Shown piece after piece: positions 6,084 to 6,926 of a stretch of 6,926 bases of DNA; within the stretch, counting starts at the first letter, position 1; each line of letters starts with the position of its first letter. The notes under the pieces were generated by a model. The model ran no database searches and had not been told where the DNA came from. It worked only from the letters and a program-made list of their open reading frames with translations. Made by a program: the position numbers and the translations under genes. The DNA comes from a virus. Lineage: Duplodnaviria > Heunggongvirae > Uroviricota > Caudoviricetes. Where the stretch lies: the IMG/VR virus record IMGVR_UViG_2541047435_000017. One strand, given 5' to 3'.

Positions 6084-6107
6084 CCGATATGGGAATTCCC
6101 ATATCGG
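6084..6107. repeat. perfect 24-bp palindrome CCGATATGGGAATTCCCATATCGG
   Basis: Read directly; centred on GAATTC, about 140 bp upstream of mok. Could be a protein-binding site or a 10-bp-stem hairpin in the hok mRNA leader. Confidence refers to the presence of the palindrome, not its function. Confidence 0.9.
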
Positions 6108-6242
6108 GCGAAAACGGTTTGCTGTAACGGCAGAGTTAAGTAGGATTGCTGCGGGTGCTTGAGGCTATCTGCCTCGGGCATGAACACCAACGGCAGATAG
6201 ATAAAAGCCCCACCCGACTATAAATCGAAGTGAGGCCCCTAT

Positions 6243-6455
6243 ATGCTCGTCACATATAGATTGCCTCTTACGGACCGAAAGGTCAAGGAGAAGCAGGCTA
6301 TGAAGCAGCAAAAGGCGATGTTAATCGCCCTGATCGTCATCTGTTTAATCGTCATAGTGACGGCACTGGTAACGAGGAAAGACCTCTGCGAGGTACGAAT
6401 CCGAACCGGCCAGACGGAGGTCGCTGTCTTCACAGCTTACGAACCTGAGGAGTAA
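6243..6455 (+). CDS. mok: mok-like reading frame (in-frame upstream extension of hok, 70 codons)
   Basis: ATG 6243 opens a 70-codon frame ending at the hok stop. As I recall, mok shares its stop codon with hok in hok/sok-family loci. Confidence 0.45.
   Translation: MLVTYRLPLTDRKVKEKQAMKQQKAMLIALIVICLIVIVTALVTRKDLCEVRIRTGQTEVAVFTAYEPEE
6300..6455 (+). CDS. hok: Hok/Gef family type I toxin, 51 aa
   Basis: MKQQKAMLIALIVICLIVIVTALVTRKDLCEVRIRTGQTEVAVFTAYEPEE has the family signature (transmembrane helix, then TRKDLCE...R..G..EVA.F.AYE). It is close to HokD/RelF and HokC/Gef as I recall them. SD AAGGAG at 6285-6290. Stop TAA. Confidence 0.9.
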   Translation: MKQQKAMLIALIVICLIVIVTALVTRKDLCEVRIRTGQTEVAVFTAYEPEE

Positions 6456-6524
6456 GAGTCCAGGCGGGGGAGAAATCCCTCGCCCCCTCTGATGTGTCAG
6501 GCATCCTCAACGCACCCGCACTTA

Positions 6525-6550
6525 ACCCGCTTCGGCGGGTTTTGTTTTTT
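6525..6550 (+). terminator. intrinsic terminator at the 3' end of the hok transcript
   Basis: Perfect stem ACCCGC / GCGGGT with TTCG tetraloop, followed by TTTGTTTTTT, about 95 nt after the hok stop. Confidence 0.6.
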
Positions 6551-6622
6551 CCTGGCATTCTGGTTTACAATTCGCACGCCAGCCTGAACAACTGGCACCT
6601 GCTGCGCCAGCAGAGACAACCG

Positions 6623-6826
6623 ATGGCGCACGATACCAAATTATACAATTCTGATGATTCTGCCGTCTTTGCCAGCAGGCGCGGACGGTGTTTTCACGCA
6701 TTCAAATCTGACTGGTACCAGCATCCCCCATGCACTGAAGAACAGGCCGAATGGCTCATTCAGTGTTACCGCAGGCGCGGATGCGAGGTTAAAAAAGCCC
6801 TTAGCCTCGACTACGTCACTGGATAA
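6623..6826 (+). CDS. hypothetical small Cys/His-rich protein (67 aa)
   Basis: First ATG (6623) downstream of the hok terminator in ORF 6494-6826; the GTG 6494 extension would read through the terminator hairpin, so it is discounted. Weak SD. Product MAHDTKLYNSDDSAVFASRRGRCFHAFKSDWYQHPPCTEEQAEWLIQCYRRRGCEVKKALSLDYVTG has a C-x-H ... C ... C ... C pattern. No family recognised. Confidence 0.3.
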   Translation: MAHDTKLYNSDDSAVFASRRGRCFHAFKSDWYQHPPCTEEQAEWLIQCYRRRGCEVKKALSLDYVTG

Positions 6827-6899
6827 TCTCCGTCAGGCTCCCTTACTCCGAACGGCCACCGCGTCCGTCCCGCACATTCCAGCAACGGATCTGGAGGTA

Positions 6900-6926
6900 A
6901 TGTGCGGGTATTACTTCGACCTGTTC
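6900..6926 (+). CDS. possible 5' end of a downstream gene (partial, runs off window)
   Basis: SD GGAGG at 6893-6897 followed by ATG 6900 / GTG 6902 and an open frame to the window edge. Too short to assess. Confidence 0.2.

Noticed and set aside
5930-6190. 86-aa minus-strand ORF
   Set aside because: Spans the terminator hairpins and the 24-bp palindrome; no SD; its open frame is best explained by structured non-coding sequence.
6239-6433. 64-aa minus-strand ORF antisense to hok
   Set aside because: The antisense partner of hok loci is a small RNA (Sok), not a protein; this ORF is the hydrophobic mirror image of the Hok transmembrane segment.
6494-6622. GTG 6494 start for the ORF downstream of hok
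   Set aside because: It would translate through the intrinsic terminator hairpin at 6525-6550; the internal ATG at 6623 is the more plausible start.
1-6926. Scan for CRISPR arrays, tRNA or rRNA genes, IS elements and integrase/att sites
   Set aside because: No regularly spaced direct repeats with unique spacers, no cloverleaf-capable tRNA-like segments, and no transposase-like ORFs or terminal inverted repeats were seen.

Overview
This window looks like the immunity and replication module of a decaying lambdoid prophage of the E. coli Qin/dicA type, followed by unrelated cargo. All family assignments are from memory and motif reading; no database search was run. Left to right: a 72-aa gene and an ambiguous 99-aa ORF on the minus strand downstream of the repressor (the lambda rexAB position); a DicA-like repressor (minus) divergent from a DicC/Cro-like gene (plus) across a 76-bp operator region; a 183-aa early protein; an O-like replication initiator with helically phased iteron-like repeats inside its own coding sequence; and a lambda-P-like helicase loader whose 5' end overlaps the initiator by 212 nt. 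Then comes a tandem winged-helix gene broken by an in-frame TAG at codon 18, fimbrial-subunit-like debris in three frames, a visibly AT-rich lone periplasmic substrate-binding protein with its own promoter region and terminator, a complete mok/hok type I toxin locus with terminator, and a small Cys/His-rich ORF. No tRNA, rRNA, CRISPR array or recognisable IS element was seen. The most interesting points are the candidate origin iterons, two genes with early in-frame stop codons, the unresolved strand assignment at 303-602, and the orphan binding protein beside hok.
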